Source: Azolla caroliniana (taxonomy: Eukaryota > Plantae > Polypodiophyta). Taken from it: a stretch of 64,000 nt of DNA. Shown here piece by piece: positions 40,848 to 52,182 of the stretch. Both the position numbers and the translations under genes were made by a program. The DNA lies in assembly GCA_043228905.1 (NCBI GenBank), contig JBHGNT010000002.1:1240001-1304000 (forward strand), given 5' to 3'. The notes below the pieces were generated by a model, which searched no databases, was not told the DNA's origin, and saw only the letters and a list, made by a program, of their open reading frames with translations. Positions within the stretch are counted from its first letter, which is position 1, and every line of letters starts with the position of its first letter.

Positions 40848-41386
40848 AGACATACATCTTGGCTTATCATGACATTCATCTTGGCGAACCAGGAATCGAA
40901 CCCATAACCTCTTGGTTTACATATTGTACTTTAACCATTGTAATAACATATGTGAGATGTAATCATAATAATTATATGTTTAGTTATTACGAGATATTTA
41001 GAACATTCTAGATTATTCTAGAATGTTCTTGAATATTTCATGATTATATTTATTATTATTATTATTCATAAATATCTAAAATATTCTAGAACATTCTAGA
41101 ATACTCCATAAGGGCCTATAAATAAGAGTCCATACACTCATCACAACTCATTCGGTTCAACACCAGTCTTTAGCCCTTAGCCTACTCCTTGTAATCTTCT
41201 TTCTCATAATATAATCGCATTCCCATTTCTTATCTCTCACTTATACTTTTCTCTCTCTCGCACTCTCTCCCTCTTTCACTCTCTTTCTATCACTATCGCT
41301 ATCTCTACCGCTCTCGCCATCTCTATCGTTATCGTTATCTCTATCGCCATCGCTCTCTCTCTGCTTCCTACTCAAGAGTCACGACA
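40840..41386 (+). repeat. 3' LTR of the chromovirus
   Basis: Matches the 5' LTR. Preceded by the PPT and followed by the TSD GTAAC. Confidence 0.95.
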
Positions 41387-43492
41387 GTAACTAGTCTCAA
41401 TTTCTTGAACTTGATCAGAGGGAGATTCCCTGATCTATGTTTAAGCCTCCTTTTACAGTCTCTTTGTAATAATCCTACCTAACTAATGGGAAAGTAGCTT
41501 CATTTTGGAAAAAATAAAAATAAAAATATCTTGCGATTGGAGAAATCAATTGGAGCATGTTAATGTTGGGAAGTTCACATATAAGAGGATAACATACTCA
41601 TTTTGAAGGGATAAAGACGACTTGAAACAATCTTATTCAATTTGGGGTGCCTCCTCTAGGATATAAGCATTATGTTTTATTGTAAAATAGCAAGTATACC
41701 CCTTATAATAAGTAGATTCTACATTAAGCTTGTAATTTCTTTTACATCATCTATTGTCCACATATTCGTGAACCTTATCAAGCATACCTGTTGGGACCAT
41801 AAACAAACTTGTAGATTTCATCAAAGATATATACGATATTTCTTGATTATTTGTTTATAGCTGGAAATATAGTTCTAGACAATTTCCCTTTGCCACATAT
41901 ACTACTCATTGCTTTGAAAGCAACATATGAGGTCAAATCCTTTGTTGAGATATAGTACAACGGAAGGAAATACATCATACTACGATAGTTTTCTTTTTTT
42001 TCAAAATGAAGCTACTTTCCCATTAGTTAGGACGGATTATTACAAAAAGATTGTACAAGGAGGCTTATACGATAGTATTATTTTAAATAAACAAGTACTT
42101 GTACATATTACCCATTGCTCCATAGTAACATATAAGTGCATACCTTCCGATGAAGATAAGGTAAAAGTGCTCCAAGGATACTCTCTAGTAAATCCTCCAT
42201 CAAATTAATTAATAATCTCCGCAAAGTTTACTTCTTCCATTGATTCTTCCATCCTTATCTTTTCCAATCCCTTTTGTAGGTTCATTTCCCCTTCTTTTCT
42301 ATTTGTTGCTAGTCTTTTCACAACACTTTGTGTTGTTTCACGTGTTTCATAGTCTATCTCAATTGACACAATTCATTTTTCCATTCACCACTTGTTCTTT
42401 TGTTTGAGCTCTTGGTATTGTCGTACGGAGTGATTCTTCCTCTAAATCTCCAAAGGTAATGGTTTGCAAATTTGTATCTTGTTGAGATCTCCCTTGGTTT
42501 GCTCTAATTTTTGCTTTGTGCCAAGACTAAGCACATTTTTTGTTCCTACTGTTTTGGCTTCTTGTATTAGAAGCAAAGTGGTCCCTTCTACTAACTCCTT
42601 GGCCTCCTATCCATCCTCATCCCTGACCCATTGGGACCTTATCAAGTGCATTGCCATTCGCTTGACTTCTTGTGCTATATTGATAATGATTGGTAAATTA
42701 GTTGTAAAATTGAAATATGGTGCAAGTTGGGGGGGGCATTGTGCTTCCTTTTGTGGCCCAAGATTTAACATTGATTACATTGCACATCTACCCAAGCTTC
42801 ATCCATCTTTTTGGCCTCATCTTTTTGGTTTTAAGCTTTATTGAGTAGGGCATACATATGCATTTGCTAGTAATAAACAAAGGCCTTCTTGTTCTTTTCG
42901 CTTTTCCTCTCCCTTGTCTGTAGGAATTTTCCCTCTTATTTGAGTTTTTCATTTAATTGCTTCTTTTGAATTTACAATTTTATCTTAATGACTAGTGATA
43001 CACATTATCATTAAAATTACATAATAGAGAAAGTCATGGGTTCACAAATTGGTCGTTGTGATTGGTTGAAAAGAAACTAGAGTGACACATGGAAGTCTTT
43101 GACTCCAACTTCTACTATACATCGAATTATGTTACTCTTGGGCCTAGGCCACTTTGACTTTTGACAAGCCCTTCGAATTCTCACCCTTCGAGTGATAACC
43201 AAGATCCCAAAACTCATCTTTAACACCATGCACATTTTGAATCAAGAGTAGGCATGAGAGTCATGAAAGTATGAATAAAAATGCGAGCTCAACTGAAATG
43301 ATGGAATACAATTGTTCGAAACACATGAATGGTGACAAAACAATACATTCTTTGTTGGGAAAACCATTATTTCATGGACGTTCTAGGTTCTGCTAAGACA
43401 ATTTATAGAAATTTGTTTGTCTCGCTTTGCCAACATTGAGAAATATACAACATTTACAAGGAAACTGCCGCCCCACATACATACAATGAAGA

Positions 43493-44913
43493 CTACTCGG
43501 ACTTCGTGCAACTTATGCCCCTACAAATTCCAAGCCAAATGCCAAATAGGATAACACAAATGATCACATCAATAAGAATGATACATTTCACGGTCATGCA
43601 TGGCTTTTTGCTGACCATCATATACGCACCATTTTCTTCTTGGTTTACATCGCCATTAACGACCCCTTTATCCTCTGTTATGGTGATGCCATCAATACCT
43701 CTTGTTTTTGTATGCGGTTTGGATTTCCTTTGCTTAGAACCACTCACCCCTACATTTTCAAAGATTTGGATTAAATTTAATAACCTCATCGAAATTCTTT
43801 TCCTCACATGTACTTTACATGAATTAATAGCTTTAGCATGTTTATAAAAATCTCTTACACTTTGAAAGACTTGGATTTTCACAAGTAGTAAGTACAACAA
43901 GAAAGTATCTTTTGTTCTTTCTAGGTAAAGAAGTAAGCTAACATTTTCTACGTCAATGCACTCATCTTTTTTATTGGCCAAAATTCTACAACATGCAAGA
44001 CTAAAATGTAGCGCATGAAAAGTTTATTTTGTTTTGCGAAGAATTGCGGACTATGCGAGGTGAGAATGTGAGACAAATAGCCTTGTAAAAATCCTTTCAT
44101 GGTGTGAAATCTTATTTGGCAGGGAATGTGAGGTAGACACTTACCATGTTCTTTGTTGATGAGGGGCGCCGAAGGTGAGCGAGAACCCGATGAACATTTT
44201 TCGATGGTCGATGATGGGTCATAACTTTCATAAGCATCACGGGACACACTCTCGAAGCCAACTTCTATATCGCCTTGCCCTCTTTGGCCTTCTTGGATCG
44301 AAGCTACACTTCTGGGTTCAGTTCCTGCCTCGGCCTCGGCCTTGGCTCTAGCATCTGCCTCGGCTCTAGCATCTGCCTCGGCTTTAGCTTCCGCAATGGC
44401 TCTAGCTTCGGCTCGTTGCCGAGCTCGGTCTTCTTCCTCGATCCGACACTTCTCGTGTTGAGTCATCCCGATGAGCGGAGAAAGAAGCCGCTTAAAGATG
44501 GGTTTGAAATGGCTATCCAAGGAGTGGCTTTTGAGTTTGCTTTGGTCGTCGAGAACTCCTTTGTCCTTGGCATACTTTAGGAACTCGAGCCTCACATCTT
44601 CCAAGAAAGAAATGACCTTGGATCTGGTCAAGGCTTCATCGGCAATGGCGCAATAAACGAAGGGTTCTTCGATGATACACGCGAGCATGCGCATGTTGGC
44701 GGTGAAGCTAAACTGGTGGTGGTGCGGGGGTAAGAATTGGAGGCAATTCAGTGCGATTTTCGGTAGCTCTTTGTCTCGGTCATTGGCATCTACGTATTCC
44801 GCAATAATGTTGATGCCGGGGTGCGTGGCCACGGAGCAATAGTATATCAAAGTTTGTGAGGAACCTTTGTCTTTGTCCTTGGCCCTTAGATTAGGGAAGC
44901 AGTTTAAAGCCAT
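43493..44913 (-). CDS. phytolongin (longin domain + C-terminal TM, no SNARE motif); two exons (44913-44145, 43749-43493)
   Basis: N-terminal longin fold (LIYYCSVA...IIAEY...LPPHHHQFSFT...FVYCAIADE...FLEDVR). C-terminus IDVIICVILFGIWLGICRGISC is typical of phytolongins. The GT-AG intron joins KEH/GVSGSK in frame. Confidence 0.85.
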
Positions 44914-45547
44914 AGAAGCCCAGCAGAGGAGGACAAAGGACTATGTTAATGAAAAGGCCCAAAAAGCTGAAAAAGCAAAAAAGCAAAAAAGCAGAAGGTC
45001 AAAAAAAAGCAGAAGGCAAGGGCAAAGAAACAAGAGAAAATACCTACAAGAATCAAGAGGGGGATTGACGACCTTCTTCGCAAAGAAAAAGCCGCAGCCA
45101 GGCAAAACGCAGGAAAAAGCAAACGTCGCTTAGAGGAGCGGATCAGAGCAGAGGAGGCGAATTTCCGAGAGAAAGAGAAAGCAGCAGCAGCAAAGAGGGA
45201 TCAAAATATGGATACAAAAGAAAACCAGAAACCCGAATAGAATGAACTGGCGGGATGGAAGCTGATGATGGATGGATGGATGGATCAATCAGTCAATCAA
45301 TCAATCAATCAATCAATACATGGATGGATGAAGAAGCAGAAGCAGAAGAAGGAAAGGATTAAGGATACATATGAGGAGGAGGATGGGGGGGGGGGTAAAG
45401 GAAGGAGTCAGAAAGAAGGGGGTTGGATGGGCATTCTATGTATGGATATATGGATGGGCCTTCAACAGAAGATGCAGATCTCATATGTGTCATTTAAGTG
45501 GGATGGATATGGAGAGTCACATAGAAGACTTCTTCCAAGCTCCTTTG

Positions 45548-45582
<35 letters not shown>

Positions 45583-46489
45583 GGAAGGGAAGGATGGGGT
45601 GGGCTCTCTCTCTCTCTCTCTTATTTTTTTATTTTTGGGTCTCTCTCTTCTTCCAAGCTCCTTTGGCTTCTCTCTCTCTCTCTCTGTCTCTCTCTCTTGG
45701 AAGCAAAGGGCCTTCTTGGGTCAAACGGTTGGGAGGCTCAAGAACATTTTTTCAACCCCATGTGCTCGTCCGCGTGCACCCTCTCTTGATGAATCACGAC
45801 ATTCCACACATTCATATCATATCTCGCTGCACGCCAATCTCTAGAGAGATAGACAATGAAAGAAAGGCCCATAAGTGAACTTATTCTTTTCCGTTCCTTG
45901 GAAAACGGCACTCTCCTAGTAGTAGTAGTGGTGGTGGTGCTTTTCATAAGACACTTTGGAGGATTATACTCACTTCTAGTGGTGTTGGTGGTAGTAGTAG
46001 TAACTTAGTAGTAGTAGTAGTAGTGGGAGTAGTTGTAGTTGTAGTAGTCATGGCTACATGGATGCATGCTCCCTGCTTTTGCTTGCCGTCTGCCTCGCCA
46101 CCACCGATTTTACTTCAGTAACCATGCCTTATAAGCTCACCCTCCTATTCTTTGTTTGGGTGATGCATGAGGGAGAGGAGACTCGCCGATCTCCACTAAT
46201 TTTGCACACGCTTCTGATATCTTGCGCCTTTGCCTTCAATCACATTCGAGTTTGCTTTCCACAAATTGTCAATCTAGTCCAATATATTCCCCCTACATAT
46301 GTTTCTCTGACTGTCAAAATATGGATGCTCAATTGAAATCTTCATTAGTAAAATTCTTCGACATTGTTGGTTACTACCCAATCCCACATATATACTTGCT
46401 AAAAAATGTTCACTTTTAAGGTCATATTTGATCCCTAAGGATGGTGGTAAATTTTGGCTCTCTTTCTTTGTCTCTGTCTTTTTGTTAGA

Positions 46490-47050
46490 AAAAGAAAGAT
46501 AATACAGAAATTGTTGCCTTGTAGACTTTCACAAGGCATTTGATGCATTGCAAACAAGCAAAACCGATAAAGAGACCTCATTGCCATGGTGGCAACCAAG
46601 AATATGCAGTGGATTGTACATAAATGCTTTACATGAGACTATTATTGTGAGATCGCAAGCTCTAGTCATATACTATGTGAAATAAGGATGGCCACCATGA
46701 TCCCATCTCTATGTGCCTTTTACTAATGAGCTCTCAAACTATATCAAAGGATAATGGATTGGATCTGTTCTAGTTGGAGTGATGATATCTATATATTCCC
46801 ATGCCAATTCAATGTTGTGCTCATTTTCAACTCACCAAACAAGCATTGATTGTATCTAGATGCTTTGTGTGCCTTTTGTGAAGATAGAGATCTCACAATC
46901 AATCTTGGGAATGCTTGAATTATGATGTTTAATGTGTCAACATGATATGCAAAAATGTCCAAGAAATGCTTTACTTTTGGTGTTGTAGACATATTATGAA
47001 TATGTCTACTTTGCATTACTCTCGAAGGGGCATAATTCTTCGGTGAGAAG
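46490..47050 (+). mobile_element. degenerate LINE reverse transcriptase fragment
   Basis: TGTTGCCTTGTAGACTTTCACAAGGCATTTGAT at ~46512 reads CCLVDFHKAFD, a non-LTR RT motif. The rest is disrupted. Confidence 0.55.
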
Positions 47051-48714
47051 ACATCGTTAGTGTTAAGAATTAGGCAATTAAGTATGGGTTAATTAGTACC
47101 TAATTATGTGATTAAGCTAAGCGGAAGATTATGTGACGTGTGTGAGAGGAAGAGAGAGAGGAAGTTACACTTATGAATGACACAAGATGGGGGATGATTA
47201 ACTCTATATTAAATTAACATCATCAAGTTACAAAAATACCCACAATGAGTAAATATAGATCTCATGTGCAAGGGTGCACATGTGTGAGGAGAATATAGGT
47301 ACAAGGGTGTAAGACCTATATTAAATGTACTTGGGAGTGGAATATCTAGAATATCGCACTTAAGTACAAGGTTCTATTTAAAACATTATAGTCAACACTT
47401 CTAACTAGATTCTATCTAAGTAACTACGAAGTTACGTGGTTGACTAACTAAGTAACTCTGGTTGAGATTGATCTCTCAACACGTCCCCTCAAGCTCAAGT
47501 GTGAGGCATCCAACATTCGGTTTTGCTTTCGGTGTTGTTCGGCTTTCGATGTCGGCTTCTGTGCGACTTTCAGTGTCAGCTTCTGCGTCGTGGTAGTTTC
47601 AGTTCTTTCACTTCCTCCCCCTCAAGCCTGTGATGAAGGCTTGGGTCGACTGCTTCCACCCATCGTGGGTCACGAGCCACTTATGTAGAGCTCTCGGACT
47701 CTTGTTCGGCCGCTACCTTCATCGCGAAGGCATAATGATGGGCCATGTACTCATTGTAGCCGAGCCGAGTGACCCAGAATTCTTCTATCTAGAAGAGCGT
47801 TGAAGTTTTTGGCTTGTTGATGTGAGCACCTTTTGTACTCTGGGTGTCCGCATGATGGGTACACCAAACTCACTATCTAGTGAGTGAGCTGACACATCCG
47901 AATCACTGTCGTCGGGATGGTCGACTTCGTATTTAGGCATCTTATCTTTGCCTTTGTCCAAGGTCGTACTTGGCCGCAACGTTGTCGAGGTATTCCTCGC
48001 GGATGCGTGGAGTGAGGCGGGACCTCGGGGGTCCTGTACCGAAGAGCAAGAGAGAAAGAGAAGAGACCCACTACGTGCGAGCGTAGATCCACAGGGACAC
48101 GGCCCTTCGACGCAAAGACGCGAGTGGGACAGCGACACAGAGAGACACGAAGGTATGTATGTATTAACGAAGACAACAACAAGAACACGAAAGCAACAAA
48201 ACACGAAGTCGGTTACAACCGAACAGGCCGGCGAACAGATGCCGATGCCTGTTCGTAAACGTACAGAAAGAAAGGAGCAGGTTGGAGGTGCTGCCGGAAG
48301 CACTCGGGCATTCCTCAGAGCAGTGCGAGCCTCCCGAAACCTGCACAGAAAGAAGCTATGGAGTTTGCGAGCCAGAGAGAGAGAGAAGCCTTCGCACACA
48401 AACTGACAGCACTTCGTCCTCGACTCTCCGCGATGCCTCTCCCCTCCTTGTCTCCCTCCTTTTATAGGCAAGGAAGGAGCCGTTTCCTATTAACTTCCTA
48501 CCTACCGAGGATCTTCTATGTACAACATAAGGCGCACGTGTATGAAGAGCCGGTTCCTACGCTCCGGTGCACCGATTCCGCTTGTGGACGGTTTTCTTCA
48601 CGACATCCGCCCCCACCTAACCGCGCATCCACCGGCATGTGCCAAATTGTGTTGGGACGGAGAAAACCGGTCCAGCCTTCATTCTCTGCCCGTCGGTTCT
48701 TCTTCGGTTTCGGA

Positions 48715-51700
48715 TCATTCGTCGTCGCGGTCCAGGTCAACCGGATCCGGCTCGTCGTCGTGACGCTTCTTGAATGCTTTGATCCGCTTCCCAGCTACCG
48801 GTATCGCCATTCTCGTGCCGTCGAGTTCCGCCAGATGGTACGTCCCGTTGTCGTTGGCACTTTGTACCACGTAAGGCCCGAACCACCTTCTTGCGAACTT
48901 CCATGTTGCTCGGTGCTGGTTGTCAAGGTTGTTGTCGTAGACTAGCAACCAATCGCCTTCCTCGATCTTCTTCGGTCGGAACCGGTGCGTTCGGTCGAAC
49001 CGGGCTTTGTTCCTCATTCTTGCCACCCGAAGCTTTTCCGTAGCTCGCTCTACGTCCTCCGGTCTTCGCTCGAGCTGCCGTATGCGCGCCGTCAACAGTT
49101 CCTCCCGGCTCATCTCGTCTCTCCAGTCCACGGTCGCCCACGAGGAGATCGTACGTTCCATCGGCATGACCGGCTTCTGCCCAAACATGAGCTCTGCCGA
49201 CATGAACCCGGTTACCGAACTGTGCGTAGTACGGTCAGCCCACAACGCGTAAGGCAGCAGCCGCGGCCAGTTCCCGACTTGACCCCCGCATGCCCGAACT
49301 AATGCCTTGACGATCGGTCCGTGCCCGCGCTCCACCTTTCCATTCACCTCCGGATTGTACGCAATGGTAAGCGAGAGCTTGACTCCTAGCCGGTCGAACA
49401 GCTCCTCGGCCTCTTCGGCGTCCAACTCCCCGCAATCAGCCACGATCTTCCCGACACACCTGTACCGGCATATCACATCCTCGATCAGGAACCGACATAC
49501 GGCTGCAGTCGTTTTGTTCTGAAGGGCCCGACCTTCTACCTGGTTCGTCAGATCTTCCCGAGCCAGGACTAGATACCGCATCTGTCCTACTCCCATCGGC
49601 ATCATCACCAGGTCTACCATCCATTTGAAGTGGATGGTCGGAGGGTACGTAGGGTGAAGCTCGTCCCGATGTCGGACTACGGAGTGCATCTGACAGCTCT
49701 CGCAAGTCGTCACGAACCGATGCATGTCCCGGTACAGTCCCGACCACCAGTACTTCCCCTTTATCTTCTCGAACGTGGCCCACGTTCCATGGTGTTCAGC
49801 CCAAGGGCTGTCGTGGTAGGCCGTCAGCAGCTCCTCCTGTTCTTCCTTCATCGCCACCACCCGGAGCGGGACGCCGTTCCTCTTCTTCGGGTGCTTCCAT
49901 AAGTACCTGTCCCGGAGAAAGAATCGGTAAGCTTTCTTCCGGATCCGGTTGGCCTCGTCCTTTGTCCATGACGCATCCGGCGTCATTGTCCTCAAAAATC
50001 CACCGATCCGGAGCCACTCGCCGTCGTACTTGCTCTCGTCGAAGTCATTAAGTGCCGGAGTGCTCGTCCCATCGGTCGTCACGTACGCCGCCTCGAAGAA
50101 GTCCACGCCGACTTCTTCGTCCTCCGAAACCATGCCGCCCTCGTCATCAAACCTCGCCCTCGAAAGCATGTCGGCCATGGCGTTGTCCTTTCCGGAAATG
50201 TGCCGTATTTCCGGGTCCAGGGACTTGATGTACGCTATCCACCTGAGCATCGCCAGGTCCGGTGTCGCGCATCCGGAAACCATGCCGAGAATTGGCAGGC
50301 AATCCGTCTTGATAATCACTTCTGTCCCGATCAAGTAGTCTTTGTCGGCCCTTACTGCCGAAACGATACCCCAGAGTTCGCGTTTAACCTGGGCGTACCC
50401 TCGCTGTCGCTCGCTGAGGACCTTCGCGCCGAATCGGATCGGGAACCGAATGCCGTCCTTGTCTTCTTGGTTGACGACCCATCCGATCCCGGTCGGACTC
50501 GTATCCACCGTTATGTATACCGGGGTACCCTTCTCGTAGACAGCCTTCCGGAGCGCCGGTGCTGCCGCAAGAGCTTCCTTCAGCTTCCGGACCGACTTCG
50601 TGTGCTCGTCTCGCCACTCGAATTTTCGCCCTTTCTTCAGCAACCCGCATAGCGGCTCCGCAACGTGGGCGTAATGCGGGATCCATATGTGGTAGAACGC
50701 GCATGCCCCCAGGAACCTCCGAACTTCCGTAACCGAGCTACAGTCGGTCTTCATCACGGAGACGGCTTCTACCTTTGCCGGAGACAGCTTCCGGCCATAT
50801 GGTCCACATAGGTGTCCGACCACCAGGATTTCCGATTGCCCGAAGGCCGATTTCTCCCCGGAGAAGGTGAGCCTTGCATCCTCTAACCTTTGTAGCACCT
50901 TCTCGCAGTCGTTGATGTGTGTCGCCACGAATCGCCGACATCCGTCCGGCTCGACTGTCTCGTCCTTCTCCTCCACCGGGCACCCCTTGATCGGGATGTC
51001 GTCTAGAAACGGCATGGTGATGTCCGGGATGCAATCCCTGAGTACCTTGTTCATTGCATTCACCATGTGGGCTACCGAGTTGGTCCCTCCTTGTGGCAGG
51101 GTACACATTCGCACTAGGCCGAGGGGAGTTCGCATCATCGTAATGTCTTTGCTCTCCACGGCTAGCTGGAACTGGTCGTACCCCGAGTACAGATCACCGA
51201 CCGAGTAAATCGACCTTCCGGCGAAGGCCTCCACGAACTCGTCTATGGTCGGTCCGATTCCTGCGTTCCGAATGGTCACTCTGTTGACCGGCTGCATGTC
51301 TTGAATGAAGCGCAACGTCCCGTTTTTCTTCGGTACGGTAAACCATCGGTTCGAGTATGGGGCACTCGACGGTTCGAGAATGCCCATATCGACTTTCTGC
51401 CTCAGTAGCTCCATCAACTCCGGGATGTGAGCTCTTGGTACCGGAATCGGCTTGAGATTCCACGGCACATGCGGTACCGTGAATATCACCATCGGCTCCA
51501 CGATTGTCGGGTCTACGCACCCGATCTCTTCCGGCGAGAATGCGAAGGCTTTCCCGTGCCATCCGAGCATTCTCCGAAACCGGTCTTCCTCCGCCGGCAG
51601 TAGGAACCCGCCCCCACCGACCTTGAGCTCCCGGAGCGTCCCGTCGGTGAAGGTGTGTCCTATGCAGGCCGGATCTCGTAAACTGGGGTCCGACGCAACC

Positions 51701-52182
51701 CCTCTGATTCGGGATTCGCTGCCCTCCGGTAAGGGTGCCGCGATGGGCCTTACCTTCCGGTCCACAGCCTTGTACTTTGTGCTAACTTGGGCCGCCCGAT
51801 CCGACCCGAGCCCCCGACTGAAGTTCGTGATGACTTTGTACATCGCTTCGGAACATACCGGTATCGTCCGGTCTTCTTTAAGGTCTTCTCCGGCTACCTC
51901 CCCCAGCATTCCCAAGGTGTCGTCGAAGGAGACCGCCTCCACGGCTCCGCTGATTTCCTCGTCCGGGCCGAGAACTCCGCACGCTCGAAGTCGAACTTCC
52001 GTCCTTGTCTTTTCTCGGCCGACGATGCCAACTATCATACACCCTCCGTTGTTGGAGAAGCAGAATTTCCTACCTATCGTACAGGGTTTCTTCGGTTTCG
52101 GTTCTATCGTACAGCTGTGGGGTCTTTCCCGAGTGTCCGGACTGTCTCGGCCCCACGCCTTGGCAGCCCTCTCTAAAAATCC
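48715..52182 (-). CDS. pol: Pol (RT-RNase H-integrase) of the GC-rich gypsy element
   Basis: 1107-aa ORF with YSNRWFTVPKKNG, DLYSGYDQ, LPQGGTNS, FLDDI, VDTSPTGIG, CESCQ and NGKVERGH. The frame is open upstream to the GGATTTTTAG site at 52182-52173. Confidence 0.9.
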   Translation of the reverse strand, partial: GFLERAAKAWGRDSPDTRERPHSCTIEPKPKKPCTIGRKFCFSNNGGCMIVGIVGREKTRTEVRLRACGVLGPDEEISGAVEAVSFDDTLGMLGEVAGEDLKEDRTIPVCSEAMYKVITNFSRGLGSDRAAQVSTKYKAVDRKVRPIAAPLPEGSESRIRGVASDPSLRDPACIGHTFTDGTLRELKVGGGGFLLPAEEDRFRRMLGWHGKAFAFSPEEIGCVDPTIVEPMVIFTVPHVPWNLKPIPVPRAHIPELMELLRQKVDMGILEPSSAPYSNRWFTVPKKNGTLRFIQDMQPVNRVTIRNAGIGPTIDEFVEAFAGRSIYSVGDLYSGYDQFQLAVESKDITMMRTPLGLVRMCTLPQGGTNSVAHMVNAMNKVLRDCIPDITMPFLDDIPIKGCPVEEKDETVEPDGCRRFVATHINDCEKVLQRLEDARLTFSGEKSAFGQSEILVVGHLCGPYGRKLSPAKVEAVSVMKTDCSSVTEVRRFLGACAFYHIWIPHYAHVAEPLCGLLKKGRKFEWRDEHTKSVRKLKEALAAAPALRKAVYEKGTPVYITVDTSPTGIGWVVNQEDKDGIRFPIRFGAKVLSERQRGYAQVKRELWGIVSAVRADKDYLIGTEVIIKTDCLPILGMVSGCATPDLAMLRWIAYIKSLDPEIRHISGKDNAMADMLSRARFDDEGGMVSEDEEVGVDFFEAAYVTTDGTSTPALNDFDESKYDGEWLRIGGFLRTMTPDASWTKDEANRIRKKAYRFFLRDRYLWKHPKKRNGVPLRVVAMKEEQEELLTAYHDSPWAEHHGTWATFEKIKGKYWWSGLYRDMHRFVTTCESCQMHSVVRHRDELHPTYPPTIHFKWMVDLVMMPMGVGQMRYLVLAREDLTNQVEGRALQNKTTAAVCRFLIEDVICRYRCVGKIVADCGELDAEEAEELFDRLGVKLSLTIAYNPEVNGKVERGHGPIVKALVRACGGQVGNWPRLLPYALWADRTTHSSVTGFMSAELMFGQKPVMPMERTISSWATVDWRDEMSREELLTARIRQLERRPEDVERATEKLRVARMRNKARFDRTHRFRPKKIEEGDWLLVYDNNLDNQHRATWKFARRWFGPYVVQSANDNGTYHLAELDGTRMAIPVAGKRIKAFKKRHDDEPDPVDLDRDDE

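Larger units (their letters stand above)
35456..41386 (+). mobile_element. intact Ty3/gypsy chromovirus (Tf1/Tcn1-like), full length
   Basis: Two 547-bp TG...CA LTRs, 5-bp TSD GTAAC (35451-35455, 41387-41391), PPT AAAAGGGGGGA (40826-40836), uninterrupted gag and pol with a C-terminal chromodomain. Confidence 0.97.
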
